Positions 20,080 through 32,620 of a stretch of 64,000 nt of DNA are shown in pieces (the stretch's first letter is position 1; every line of letters begins with the position of its first letter). The DNA is taken from the NCBI GenBank assembly GCA_965279525.1, contig CBDIIB010000005.1:736001-800000 (forward strand), in the 5' to 3' direction. Source of the DNA: Tagaea sp. Its GTDB lineage: Bacteria; Pseudomonadota; Alphaproteobacteria; CACIAM-22H2. The notes below the pieces were generated by a model. It saw only the letters and a program-made list of their open reading frames with translations. It did not search any database and was not told the origin of the DNA. The translations under genes and the position numbers were made by a program.

Positions 20080-20475
20080 CGTCGCTCTCCTTTGCAACCG
20101 AACGCGGCGCGAGCTGGCGTTCGGCAACACAGCGCCGAGTTGTTTTCGGCGCACACACGCCAAGGCTGATTGCCAAGCGCAGGGGAATAGAACATCAGTG
20201 CCGCATTGGTTTTGCACAGAAAAATTGTGTAACTGTCAAGTATATCTATTGAACAAACTCAAGTAATTTAGTAAATATATCAATTATGGTGCTTATTTGT
20301 TCGTCTTTCATATAATAAATGAACTTGAATACTTAGACACTGACAAACGTGTCGATCTTTCCCAACCGGTTCCAGTGGGTCGTTCAATTTGCCGCGCCCG
20401 GTCTTCTGCGGACATCATTAGGGCATTTGCCAGCACGCAGATCGGTTGCCTACCTGTTACCTGTGATCACTGGGC

Positions 20476-20856
20476 CTACTTTGAAACCATGCGCCCTTGA
20501 AGCCAGAAGACGCCTGCAACGTCCGAGCCTTCGACAGGCTGCTCATCGGATTTCCACACGTGATCGCCGATATAGAGCGCAAGTTTGAAGTCGCCGTAGC
20601 TGTCGGGCAGGCGAAGTGGCGTGATCACAAGGGAAGTAAGCTTTCGGCCAAATACTTCGATCTTCTCGATCCACCGGACGGGTCCTTGATACTGGTACTC
20701 GTCAGGCGCGTACGTGTCCTGGGGAATAAGGGCGGCTACACCCTTCATGCTGATCGTGATCGGCTTGAGTTGGTCGCCCGGGGTGCCTGGCTCGTTCTTC
20801 GTCCGGAGGCGGGCGGGATCGTCGATGACGATCGGCTCTGTCCTGTCGATCTTCGT
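20476..20856 (-). pseudogene. 5'-truncated fragment of a hypothetical protein gene near the transposon end
   Basis: Protein-like 90-aa ORF (DEYQYQGPV...GVFWLQG) whose frame continues 36 codons upstream without a start, up to an in-frame TGA. Confidence 0.5.
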
Positions 20857-20895
20857 TCACTGCGTCTGGCGGGCCGTCTTTGAGGCGTCAAATCA

Positions 20896-20916
20896 GCCCA
20901 AAGGACGCCTTTGGGC
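20896..20916. terminator. Perfect 9-bp hairpin inside the transposon end (possible block to gyrB read-through)
   Basis: GCCCAAAGG-ACG-CCTTTGGGC. Confidence 0.45.
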
Positions 20917-20998
20917 AGGGGGTCGAGTCAGAGAAAGTGAGATTCCGGAAATCAATACTTCCGGATTATTTGTTATCTGTCAGATAGATATGCGGATA

Positions 20999-21066
20999 AC
21001 TCGTCGCAATAAGAGTCTCACCATTTGAAAAGTCGTCTCAGTATCTCTGAGTCACGACAATAGACA
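20999..21066 (-). repeat. Tn7-like transposon end with putative TnsB-binding repeats
   Basis: Minus strand begins TGTCTATTGTCGTGACT; imperfect repeats ATTGTCGTGACT / ACTGAGACGACT / GGTGAGACTCTT / ATTGCGACGAGT; sharp GC change at this point. Confidence 0.75.
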
Positions 21067-21074
21067 AACCCCAC

Positions 21075-24702
<3,628 letters not shown>

Positions 24703-24703
24703 G

Positions 24704-25837
24704 TCAAACGCGCATCGGCATGAGGACGTAGAGCGCGCTCGGATCGGCGGCATCGGCGACCACGGTCGGCGAGGCGGCATCGGCCATCTTGAAGGTCGCG
24801 TTCTCGCCCTCGATCTGCTCGGCGATGTCGAGCAGATAGCGCGCGTTGAAGCCGATCTCGATTGCCGGGCCCTGGTAGGAAACCTCGATCTCCTCGCTTG
24901 CCGTCCCGGCGTCGGGGCTGTTCGCGGTCAGCGACAGCAGGCCCTTGGTGGCGGCGAGCTTCACCGCGCGCGACTTCTCGGTCGAGATGGTGGCCACGCG
25001 GTCGACGGCGGCGGCGAACAGCTTGCGGTCGACTTCCATCGTCTTGTCGTTGCCCGACGGGATCACGCGCTCGTAATCCGGGAAGGCGCCGTCGATAAGC
25101 TTGGAGACGAGCACGGCGTCGCCGAAGGCGAAACGCACGCGCGTGTCGGAGAGCGACACCTGCACGGCACCGGCCGTCTCGTCGATGAGCTTGCGCACTT
25201 CCATCACGGTCTTGCGCGGCAGGATCACGCCCGGGATCTTCGCGGCCCCGTCGGGCAGCGGCATTTCGAGGCGCGCCAGCCGGTGGCCGTCGGTCGCGAC
25301 CGCGCGCAGCACGTCCACGCCGCCCGACTTGGTGGCGTGGATATAGATGCCGTTGAGGTAGTAGCGCGTCTCCTCGGTCGAGATGGCGAAGCGCGTCTTG
25401 TCGATCAGCGTCTTCAGGTCCTCGGCGAGGATCTCGAAGGCGTGCGGCAGTTCGCCCGCGGCCATCTTCGGGAAATCGTCGGCGGGCAGTGCCGCAAGGC
25501 TGAAGCTGGAGCGGCCGGCGCGCAACGCGACCTGGCCCTTCTCGGCCGACCATTCGATGCCGACCTGGCTGCCTTCGGGCAGCTTGCGCACGATTTCATA
25601 GAGCGTGTGGGCCTGCACCGTGGTCGAGCCGGCCTTGGCGATTTCCGCCGGCACCGTCTCGACGAAGGCGACATCCATGTCGGTCGCGGTCAGCGAGAGC
25701 TTGCCCGCCCCGCCCTTTGCCGATGTCGCTTCAAGAAGCACGTTGGACAAGATGGGGATCGTGTTGCGGCGTTCGACGACGCTCTGGATATGACCCAGCG
25801 CCTTCAGGAGGGCGGCGCGTTCGATGGTGATTTTCAT
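24704..25837 (-). CDS. dnaN: DNA polymerase III beta clamp
   Basis: VVERRNTIPILSN, ATDGHRL, FPDYERVIP, YVLMPMRV. Confidence 0.98.
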   Translation of the reverse strand: MKITIERAALLKALGHIQSVVERRNTIPILSNVLLEATSAKGGAGKLSLTATDMDVAFVETVPAEIAKAGSTTVQAHTLYEIVRKLPEGSQVGIEWSAEKGQVALRAGRSSFSLAALPADDFPKMAAGELPHAFEILAEDLKTLIDKTRFAISTEETRYYLNGIYIHATKSGGVDVLRAVATDGHRLARLEMPLPDGAAKIPGVILPRKTVMEVRKLIDETAGAVQVSLSDTRVRFAFGDAVLVSKLIDGAFPDYERVIPSGNDKTMEVDRKLFAAAVDRVATISTEKSRAVKLAATKGLLSLTANSPDAGTASEEIEVSYQGPAIEIGFNARYLLDIAEQIEGENATFKMADAASPTVVADAADPSALYVLMPMRV

Positions 25838-25954
25838 CTCGGGTACGGTCTCGGAAAAGGGTTTCGCGCGAATCGAATCCGTGGACCGCCAAGTATATCA
25901 GAAGGCCCAATTGGCGAAAGCTTCTCGACGCCGCAAATGGCGCCAAAACCGGCC

Positions 25955-26599
25955 TTATTTCAAGGATTTGCGCGCCGCCTCGGCGAGCACGACGCGGACA
26001 GCCGCCAGTTGCTGGCGAACCCCCATCGAGGCGCAATTTTCGAGTGCCGGCGGGTCCGCCCGGCGCAGCGCCTCGGCGACCATTTCCGGGCTCGACGGCA
26101 GGTGGATGAAGCCGCACGGCCGCTTGCCGGCCCGCGCCATCAGGTGCCACAGCGCGGCATTGCAAAGATAGAGACCCGCATCGTCCGACAGGCGTGCGGG
26201 AATGCCGGCAGCCAGCAGGCGCTTCAGGATCGCGTTGAACGGCAGGTTGGCCGCACGCGTCGCCGGGCCCTTGCGATCGATCCGGCCGGTCGGGCGCTTG
26301 CCGTCATTGTCGGCGTAGGGAAACTTGAGACCGTTGTGCGCCACGCGCTCGATGCGCACGCAAGGCTCGCCCGCGGCAAGGCCCAGCGCCACGATCGCGA
26401 CCGGGTCGGTCTCCTCGATGGCGGCATCGAGAGCCGCCTCGATCTTCGCGATCGATACCGGCAGCACGCGCCCGACGACGCGCGCATCGCCGAACCATTC
26501 GCCGTCGAGCCGCTCGGCCAGTGCCTGCGTGGGATTGGTCTTGTGCGGCCCGAAGCGCTCGAAGCCGGTCAGCAGGATGCGCGGGGCGCGCGCACCCAT
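25955..26599 (-). CDS. pcp: Pyroglutamyl-peptidase I (peptidase C15)
   Basis: LLTGFERFG...NP, IERVAHN, SDDAGLYLCN, GFIHLP; ATG overlaps dnaA stop (TGATG). Confidence 0.9.
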   Translation of the reverse strand: MGARAPRILLTGFERFGPHKTNPTQALAERLDGEWFGDARVVGRVLPVSIAKIEAALDAAIEETDPVAIVALGLAAGEPCVRIERVAHNGLKFPYADNDGKRPTGRIDRKGPATRAANLPFNAILKRLLAAGIPARLSDDAGLYLCNAALWHLMARAGKRPCGFIHLPSSPEMVAEALRRADPPALENCASMGVRQQLAAVRVVLAEAARKSLK

Positions 26600-28044
26600 C
26601 AGGCTTCCAGCATGCGGCGCAGCAGGTCGACATCCTCGCTGAACGCGGCGTCGGCCGCGCGGAGCTCGTCGATCTTGCGCACCGCGTGCATGACCGTCGT
26701 GTGATCGCGCCCGCCGAACTTGCGCCCGATCTCGGGCAGCGAGCGGCTGGTAAGCTGCTTGGCGAGATACATCGCGACCTGGCGCGGGCGTGCCACCTGG
26801 CGGGCCCGGCGCGGCGAGTGCATGTCCGCCAGCCGGATCGCGAAATGTTCGGCGACCTTCTTCTGGATCTCCTCGATCGTCACGCGGCGGTCCGACGCGC
26901 GCAGCAGGTCGTGCAGCACTTCCTGCGCGCTTTCGAGGCCGATGGGCCGGCCCACAAGCGTGGAGTGCGCGACGATGCGGTTGAGCGCACCTTCGAGCTC
27001 GCGGATGTTCGCGACGATCTTGTGGGCGAGAAACTCGAGCACTTTGGGCGGCATCGCCACGCCGAGCTTCTCGGCCTTCGACTGCAGGATGCCGAGGCGC
27101 AGTTCGTACGTCGTCGGATGGATGTCGGCCACGAGGCCCCAGCCGAGACGCGAACGCACGCGGTCTTCGAGGCCTTCGAGATCGGCCGGGCTCTTGTCGG
27201 CCGACAGCACAATCTGCTTGTTCTGGTCCACCAGCGCGTTGAACGTATGGAAGAACTCTTCCTGCGTGGCGTCCTTGCCGGCGATGAACTGCACGTCGTC
27301 GACCAGCAGCACGTCGACCGAGCGGAACTGCTCCTTGAAGGACATCGTGTCCTTGAAGCGCATCGCGCGGATGAACTGGTACATGAACTTCTCGGCCGAC
27401 AGGTACAGCACACGGCGCTGGGGATTGCGCTTGCGGATGTGCCACGCGATCGCGTGCATCAGGTGCGTCTTGCCCAGACCCACGCCGCCATAAAGGAACA
27501 GCGGGTTGAACGGCACCTTCGCCTCTTCCGCCACGCGGCGGGCGGCGGCGGCGGCGAACTCGTTCGACTTGCCGTGCACGAAGGACTGGAACGTGAAGCG
27601 CGGATCGAGCTGGGCGCCGAAATCCTCGAAATCGTCGCCCGAGCGGGCGACGGCGGGCGAGGCATAGCCGTGGGCCGTGCCTGCCTGGGTGGCGGCCGGG
27701 CGTGCGGTCGCCGCCGACGCGGTCGGGCGCTGGGCCGAACCGGTGGCGGGTGCCGGGGCCGGCGTCTGCAGGCCGGCGGCCGGCTGGACGACGACCTCGA
27801 TCAGGCGCACCTGCTTGTTCTCGGCACGCCACAGCGTCTTGATGCGGTCAGAATAGTGCTGGCGCACCCAGTCCTGCATGAAGCGGGTCGGTACGGCGAT
27901 ACGCACGGTGCCGTCCTCGACGCCCACGAGCGTCAGGGGCTTCAGCCAGCTCTTGTAGGCCGCCTCGCCGAACTCGCCCTTCAGGCGGGCGCGCACGCGG
28001 ACCCATTGGGCTTCGAGGGAGGGACCGAATTCCTGCGAACGCAT
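26599..28044 (-). CDS. dnaA: Chromosomal replication initiator DnaA
   Basis: FNPLFLYGGVGLGKTHL, DDVQF, QEEFFHTFN, RELEGAL, FGGRDHTTV; AGGAG RBS. Confidence 0.98.
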   Translation of the reverse strand: MRSQEFGPSLEAQWVRVRARLKGEFGEAAYKSWLKPLTLVGVEDGTVRIAVPTRFMQDWVRQHYSDRIKTLWRAENKQVRLIEVVVQPAAGLQTPAPAPATGSAQRPTASAATARPAATQAGTAHGYASPAVARSGDDFEDFGAQLDPRFTFQSFVHGKSNEFAAAAARRVAEEAKVPFNPLFLYGGVGLGKTHLMHAIAWHIRKRNPQRRVLYLSAEKFMYQFIRAMRFKDTMSFKEQFRSVDVLLVDDVQFIAGKDATQEEFFHTFNALVDQNKQIVLSADKSPADLEGLEDRVRSRLGWGLVADIHPTTYELRLGILQSKAEKLGVAMPPKVLEFLAHKIVANIRELEGALNRIVAHSTLVGRPIGLESAQEVLHDLLRASDRRVTIEEIQKKVAEHFAIRLADMHSPRRARQVARPRQVAMYLAKQLTSRSLPEIGRKFGGRDHTTVMHAVRKIDELRAADAAFSEDVDLLRRMLEA

Positions 28045-28048
28045 GGCG

Positions 28049-28585
28049 CTACTCCTGCGTCCAGGCAAGGCCGGCGGCTTTCCAGCCCCCTGTCATGCCG
28101 CGATGATTGGCGCCGTCTCGGTCACCCTCGAACCCGCCGGAAAGGTTATATGCACGCTTGAAGCCAAGTGCCGTCACCGCCATCGCGGCCGAGCGCGAAC
28201 GCCCGCCCGAACGGCAGATGAAGATCACCGGGGCCGCCTTGTCGACCGCGTCGGCGACCGAGGCGGCGAAGTCCGGATTGGGGACCATCAGCGCCCTTCC
28301 GTCGGCGGCCGTCGCATAGTTCTGCCACGACACGAACAGCGGCGCCTTGGCCAGCGCCGCCAGATTGGGAACGCCCACGAACGTCCACTCGGCGCGCGAA
28401 CGCACGTCGATCAGCACGGCCGTCTTGTCGGCGGCGAGAAGTTCCCACGCCTGACGCGCATCGATGTCGCCGGCATAACCCTGTGCCGCCGTCGCATCCG
28501 TATCGAATTTCCTGGTCGCCTCAGCCATCGTCCCCGAACCGTTCCCGCTGCTCTCGGCGGCCTTTCGGCCGTCCGTCTTTTTCAC
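28049..28585 (-). CDS. Rhodanese-like domain protein (alternative ATG 28528)
   Basis: LIDVRSRAEW, FICRSGGRS, YNLSGGFEG...GWK. Confidence 0.9.
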   Translation of the reverse strand: MKKTDGRKAAESSGNGSGTMAEATRKFDTDATAAQGYAGDIDARQAWELLAADKTAVLIDVRSRAEWTFVGVPNLAALAKAPLFVSWQNYATAADGRALMVPNPDFAASVADAVDKAAPVIFICRSGGRSRSAAMAVTALGFKRAYNLSGGFEGDRDGANHRGMTGGWKAAGLAWTQE

Positions 28586-29447
28586 TCGTCCTGGAGGCGG
28601 GCTGCTTCACCCGCCGGGAACGGCCTCAACTCGAGGCGGAGCGGCTGGCGGAACGTCGGTAAGCGGGGCGCGGTGCATCGACATGCCGGCGCCGCATCGG
28701 GCGGGACACATCGGAGGAAAACTTGAACGACATCACTGGCGGAAATCCCCGTTCTTGCGTCTGTTCGCGTTCAGACTTGTTGTCGCCGCGCGGCTCGCGC
28801 GAAATCGCACTGCGAGCCGACGGGCGAACTTGGTTGTTTTCGGTATCGCGTTCCGTGACCGGACGCCGTCCCCCGTTCCTGAATTCCGATGAAGGGCTGC
28901 GGCGTGAAGTTCCGATCCGGCGTCGCATGTCGTCGTCCCGCTCCGCTCGTGGCCTGCCGCCGTCCCGCACCGGACCCACCCCGTTTCAGGATCCGGATTT
29001 TCGATCCGGATCCTTCGTCCGACCGCTGCCGATGCCGCTTGCCATTTCCGTGATGCGCTCTCGAAGAAGCGCGTCGGAGAATGGCGCGTCATCGCGCGTG
29101 GCGATCTGACGGGCGAACTAAATCACGATGCCCATCGACTCGCAACAGGTCCGAAGTGCGAACGCGCAAATCGTCTCGGCTGTTGCGTCCGGGCGACTCT
29201 GCGCATGTCTGGAATATCCGCGCGCACGCGCTAAAAAATTCCGCGGATGCAATCCGTCGCGAAGCGCACGCGGAGATTCAATGGCTTGCGCCGCATTGCG
29301 CGTGCGCGGTCGCAAGCGGTGCTTTGTTGCGCGCGTGCTCGAAACCGCGAACGGTGAAAATGCAAGCGCCGTCTTCGATGGAACACGAAGACGGCGCGGA
29401 TGTCTGGAAGATATTCGCGCGCGGGGAAAATCCGCGCGGCGGGAAGA

Positions 29448-29714
29448 TCAGGCCTTGAGCGCCTTGATGCGCGCCGACAGGCGCGAGATCTTGCGCGACA
29501 CCGTGTTCTTGTGGACGATGCCGGTCTTCGCGGTGCGCATCAGGACCGGCTGTGCGGCCTTGAGGGCGGCGGCCGCGGCGGCCTTGTCGCCGGCGGCGAT
29601 CGCGTCTTCGACCTTGGTGACGGACGTGCGCATGCGCCCGATGCGCGTGCGGTTGACTTCCGTGCGGCGCAGCGTCTGGCGCGCGGCCTTCTTTGCGGAC
29701 TTGGTATTGGCCAT
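29448..29714 (-). CDS. rpsT: 30S ribosomal protein S20
   Basis: [13 protein letters not shown]...[12 protein letters not shown]. Confidence 0.97.
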   Translation of the reverse strand: MANTKSAKKAARQTLRRTEVNRTRIGRMRTSVTKVEDAIAAGDKAAAAAALKAAQPVLMRTAKTGIVHKNTVSRKISRLSARIKALKA

Positions 29715-29825
29715 TGTCTTGTGTCTTCCGAAATGGGTTTTTCCAGGTCGCACGCCACGTGCGCACGACCTTGGGAAAGGCGGCGGGTTATAGCCCCGCC
29801 GACGGGGTCCGTCAACAGGCCCCGA

Positions 29826-30602
29826 TCAGCGGTTTTTCCAGCCCGGGGCGCGCTTCTCGACGAAGGCGGCCATGCCTTCTTTCTGGTCTTCGGTGGCGAA
29901 GGTGGAGTGGAACAGGCGGCGCTCGAAACGCACGCCTTCGGCAAGCGTGGTTTCGTACGCGCGGTTGACCGCTTCCTTGGCCATCATGACCATCGGACGG
30001 GACAGGCCCGCGATCTTCTCGGCCACCTTAAGTGCTTCGGGCAGCAGGTCGGCGGCGGGCACGACGCGGCTGACGAGCCCGGCGCGTTCGGCCTCGGCCG
30101 CGTCCATCATGCGCCCAGTGAGGCACATCTCCATCGCCTTGGACTTGCCCACGAAACGCGTCAGGCGCTGGGTCCCGCCCGACCCCGGGATCGTGCCGAT
30201 CGTGATCTCGGGCTGGCCGAACTTCGCGGTGTCGGCGGCGAGGATGAAGTCGCACATCATCGCGACCTCGCAGCCGCCGCCCAGCGCGAAGCCCGCGACC
30301 GCCGCGACGATGGGCTTGCGGCAGGTCGTCACCCGCTCCCAGCCGTCGGTGATGAAGTCGGCAAGGTAGACGTCCATATAGGTCTTGGACGCCATCTCCT
30401 TGATGTCGGCCCCGGCAGCGAAGGCACGCTCGGAACCGGTCAGCACGATGCAGCCGATATTGTCGTCCGCCTCGAAGGCGTCGAGCGCCTGGCCCAGCTC
30501 CTTGATGAGCGCGGCGCAAAGCGCATTGAGCGCCTTTGGCCGGTTCAGCGTGACGAGACCCACCTTGCCCTTGGTCTCGACGATGATGTTCTCGTAGGCC
30601 AT
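29826..30602 (-). CDS. Enoyl-CoA hydratase
   Basis: [39 protein letters not shown]. Confidence 0.95.
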   Translation of the reverse strand: MAYENIIVETKGKVGLVTLNRPKALNALCAALIKELGQALDAFEADDNIGCIVLTGSERAFAAGADIKEMASKTYMDVYLADFITDGWERVTTCRKPIVAAVAGFALGGGCEVAMMCDFILAADTAKFGQPEITIGTIPGSGGTQRLTRFVGKSKAMEMCLTGRMMDAAEAERAGLVSRVVPAADLLPEALKVAEKIAGLSRPMVMMAKEAVNRAYETTLAEGVRFERRLFHSTFATEDQKEGMAAFVEKRAPGWKNR

Positions 30603-30613
30603 CGCGGCAATCC

Positions 30614-30964
30614 TCACTCGGGTGACAGGAAGAAGCGCACCTGCGTGCGGCCCGCGGGTGCGGGCGGAAACTCGATGACGAGGCGCTCGCCCTCGCGCGC
30701 ATAGCGGCCCGTCCCGTCGGCGCGCCAGCCCAGCTGCGGCAGCGTGCCGGCATAGAAAGCGAGGATGGCGGCGCGCGTGGCCGTGCCCTCGGCCAGCGCA
30801 TCCACGACGCGGCCCTGGGGCGCGTCGAACACCGTGGGTTCGCCGGCGGCGACCAGGCCTGCCATCAATGGCAGGTCGTCGATGCCGTCGACGAAGCCGT
30901 CGGCCGCACGCGGGGCGGCGGCGAACATGAGGCAGAACAGGGCGATCAGGGCCGTGCGGCGCAT
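30614..30964 (-). CDS. Conserved exported hypothetical protein
   Basis: Signal peptide, DLPLMAGL...FDAPQGRVV...[11 protein letters not shown]. Confidence 0.8.
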   Translation of the reverse strand: MRRTALIALFCLMFAAAPRAADGFVDGIDDLPLMAGLVAAGEPTVFDAPQGRVVDALAEGTATRAAILAFYAGTLPQLGWRADGTGRYAREGERLVIEFPPAPAGRTQVRFFLSPE

Positions 30965-30978
30965 GTCGACTGTCTTAC

Positions 30979-31809
30979 TCAGCGCTGGCAGCGCGGACAA
31001 TAGAAAGTCGAACGGCCGGACTGCACGATGCGCTTGACACCCTTGCCGCCGCCGCAGCCCGGACAGGGTTCGCCCTCGCGGTCGTAGACGCGCCACTGGT
31101 GCTGGAACCAGCCAAGCTCGCCCGACGCCTGCACATAGTCGCGCGCCGACGAGCCGCCGGCCTTGATCGCATCGCCCAGCGTCGCCTTGATCGCCTTCAG
31201 CAACGCCGCGGCCTTTTCGCCCTTTACCGTGCCCGCCTTGCGCAGCGGGCTGAGGCCGCAGCGGAACAGCGCCTCGCACACATATATGTTGCCCAACCCC
31301 GCGACATTGCGCTGGTCGAGCAACGCGGCTTTCAGCGGCGCCTTCGAGCCGTCCAGCGCACGCACCAGGGCCGCCGCGTCGAACGCCGGATCGAGCGGCT
31401 CGGGCCCCAGATCGGCAAAGCGCCTGTCTACGGCCAGCGACGCCGTATCGACCAGATCGATCACGCCGAAGCGGCGCGGATCGGTGAAGCGGATCGTCGC
31501 CCCTTCGTCGGTGCGCAGTTCGACATGGTCGTGCGGACCCGGCCTGTCCGGTCTGCCGTCGAGCAGCACGAGCCGGCCCGACATGCCCAGATGCACGAGC
31601 AGCGTCGCCTCGCGGTCGAGCGCCATCAGGATCCACTTGGCGCGCCGCTCGACCTTCACGACGCGTGCACCCGTCGCGCGCTGGACGAAGTCGGGCGGGA
31701 TCGGCGTGCGGATGTCGGGGCGCCTTTGCACCACGGAAGCCAGACGGCGGCCTTCCAGATGGGGCTTCAGGCCGCGCACGACGGTTTCGACTTCAGGGAG
31801 TTCAGGCAT
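30979..31809 (-). CDS. mutM: Formamidopyrimidine-DNA glycosylase
   Basis: MPELPEVET, HLGMSG, DPRRFG, GLGNIY, C-terminal zinc finger. Confidence 0.98.
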   Translation of the reverse strand: MPELPEVETVVRGLKPHLEGRRLASVVQRRPDIRTPIPPDFVQRATGARVVKVERRAKWILMALDREATLLVHLGMSGRLVLLDGRPDRPGPHDHVELRTDEGATIRFTDPRRFGVIDLVDTASLAVDRRFADLGPEPLDPAFDAAALVRALDGSKAPLKAALLDQRNVAGLGNIYVCEALFRCGLSPLRKAGTVKGEKAAALLKAIKATLGDAIKAGGSSARDYVQASGELGWFQHQWRVYDREGEPCPGCGGGKGVKRIVQSGRSTFYCPRCQR

Positions 31810-31873
31810 GGGACCCGACCCTGCCCCATGCGCCCTCCCCTTTTCCAGTGGTGCTTGCTATGGTGCCGGCCTG

Positions 31874-32620
31874 ATGACGCAAGCGACTGACGACACGACC
31901 CATTTCGGGTTCCGCGACGTGCCCGTGGCGGCCAAGGCCGGCCTCGTGCGCGAGGTCTTCGATTCCGTCGCGGGTCGCTACGACCTGATGAACGACCTGA
32001 TGTCGCTGGGCGTGCACCGGCTGTGGAAGGCGTCGTTCGTCCACCAAGTCGCCCCGCGCGTTGGCGAACGCTTCATCGACCTTGCCGGCGGGACCGGCGA
32101 CATCGCGTTTGCACTGATGGAACGCGGCGCCACGGTCACCGTGTGCGACTACAACGAACAGATGCTGCGCCAGGGCCGCAAGCGCGCGACCGACAAGTCG
32201 CTGATCCCCGGGCCCGACTGGATCACCGGCGACGCGCAGTTCCTTCCCTTCGCGAAACACGTTGCCGACGGCATCACGATCGCCTTCGGCCTGCGCAACG
32301 TGACCGATCCGGCCAAGGCGCTGGCCGAGATCCGCCGCGTGCTGAAGCCGGGCGGGCGCTTCTTCTGCCTCGAATTCAGCCGTCTCGCCCTGCCGGTGCT
32401 CGACAGGCTCTACGACCGCTATTCGTTCGACGTGCTGCCCAGGCTCGGCCAGATGGTCGCGGGCGACGGCGACAGCTACCGGTATCTCGCCGAGAGCATC
32501 CGCAAATTTCCGCCGCAGGGCGAACTTGCGGACATGATGCGCGCGGCCGGTTTCGGGCGCGTGGGCTTCCGCAACCTGTCGGGCGGCATCGCGGCGGTTC
32601 ATTGGGGCTGGCGGACCTGA
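31874..32620 (+). CDS. ubiE: Ubiquinone/menaquinone C-methyltransferase
   Basis: THFGF, YDLMNDLMSLGVHRLWK, DLAGGTGD, FGLRNV. Confidence 0.97.
   Translation: MTQATDDTTHFGFRDVPVAAKAGLVREVFDSVAGRYDLMNDLMSLGVHRLWKASFVHQVAPRVGERFIDLAGGTGDIAFALMERGATVTVCDYNEQMLRQGRKRATDKSLIPGPDWITGDAQFLPFAKHVADGITIAFGLRNVTDPAKALAEIRRVLKPGGRFFCLEFSRLALPVLDRLYDRYSFDVLPRLGQMVAGDGDSYRYLAESIRKFPPQGELADMMRAAGFGRVGFRNLSGGIAAVHWGWRT

Larger units (their letters stand above)
1..21066 (-). mobile_element. Tn7-like transposon (tnsABC-tniQ) with defence cargo, inserted just downstream of gyrB; left boundary outside the window or unresolved
   Basis: Four tns genes, terminal TGT with repeats, lower GC than backbone; predicted 5-bp TSD AACCC (21067-21071). 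Confidence 0.85.

Noticed and set aside
1-21066. CRISPR-associated transposon (CAST) or CRISPR array
   Set aside because: No cas-like ORF and no repeat-spacer array in any intergenic region here; cannot be excluded left of the window.
25838-29447. oriC next to dnaA
   Set aside because: No consensus DnaA-box cluster or AT-rich unwinding element spotted by eye.
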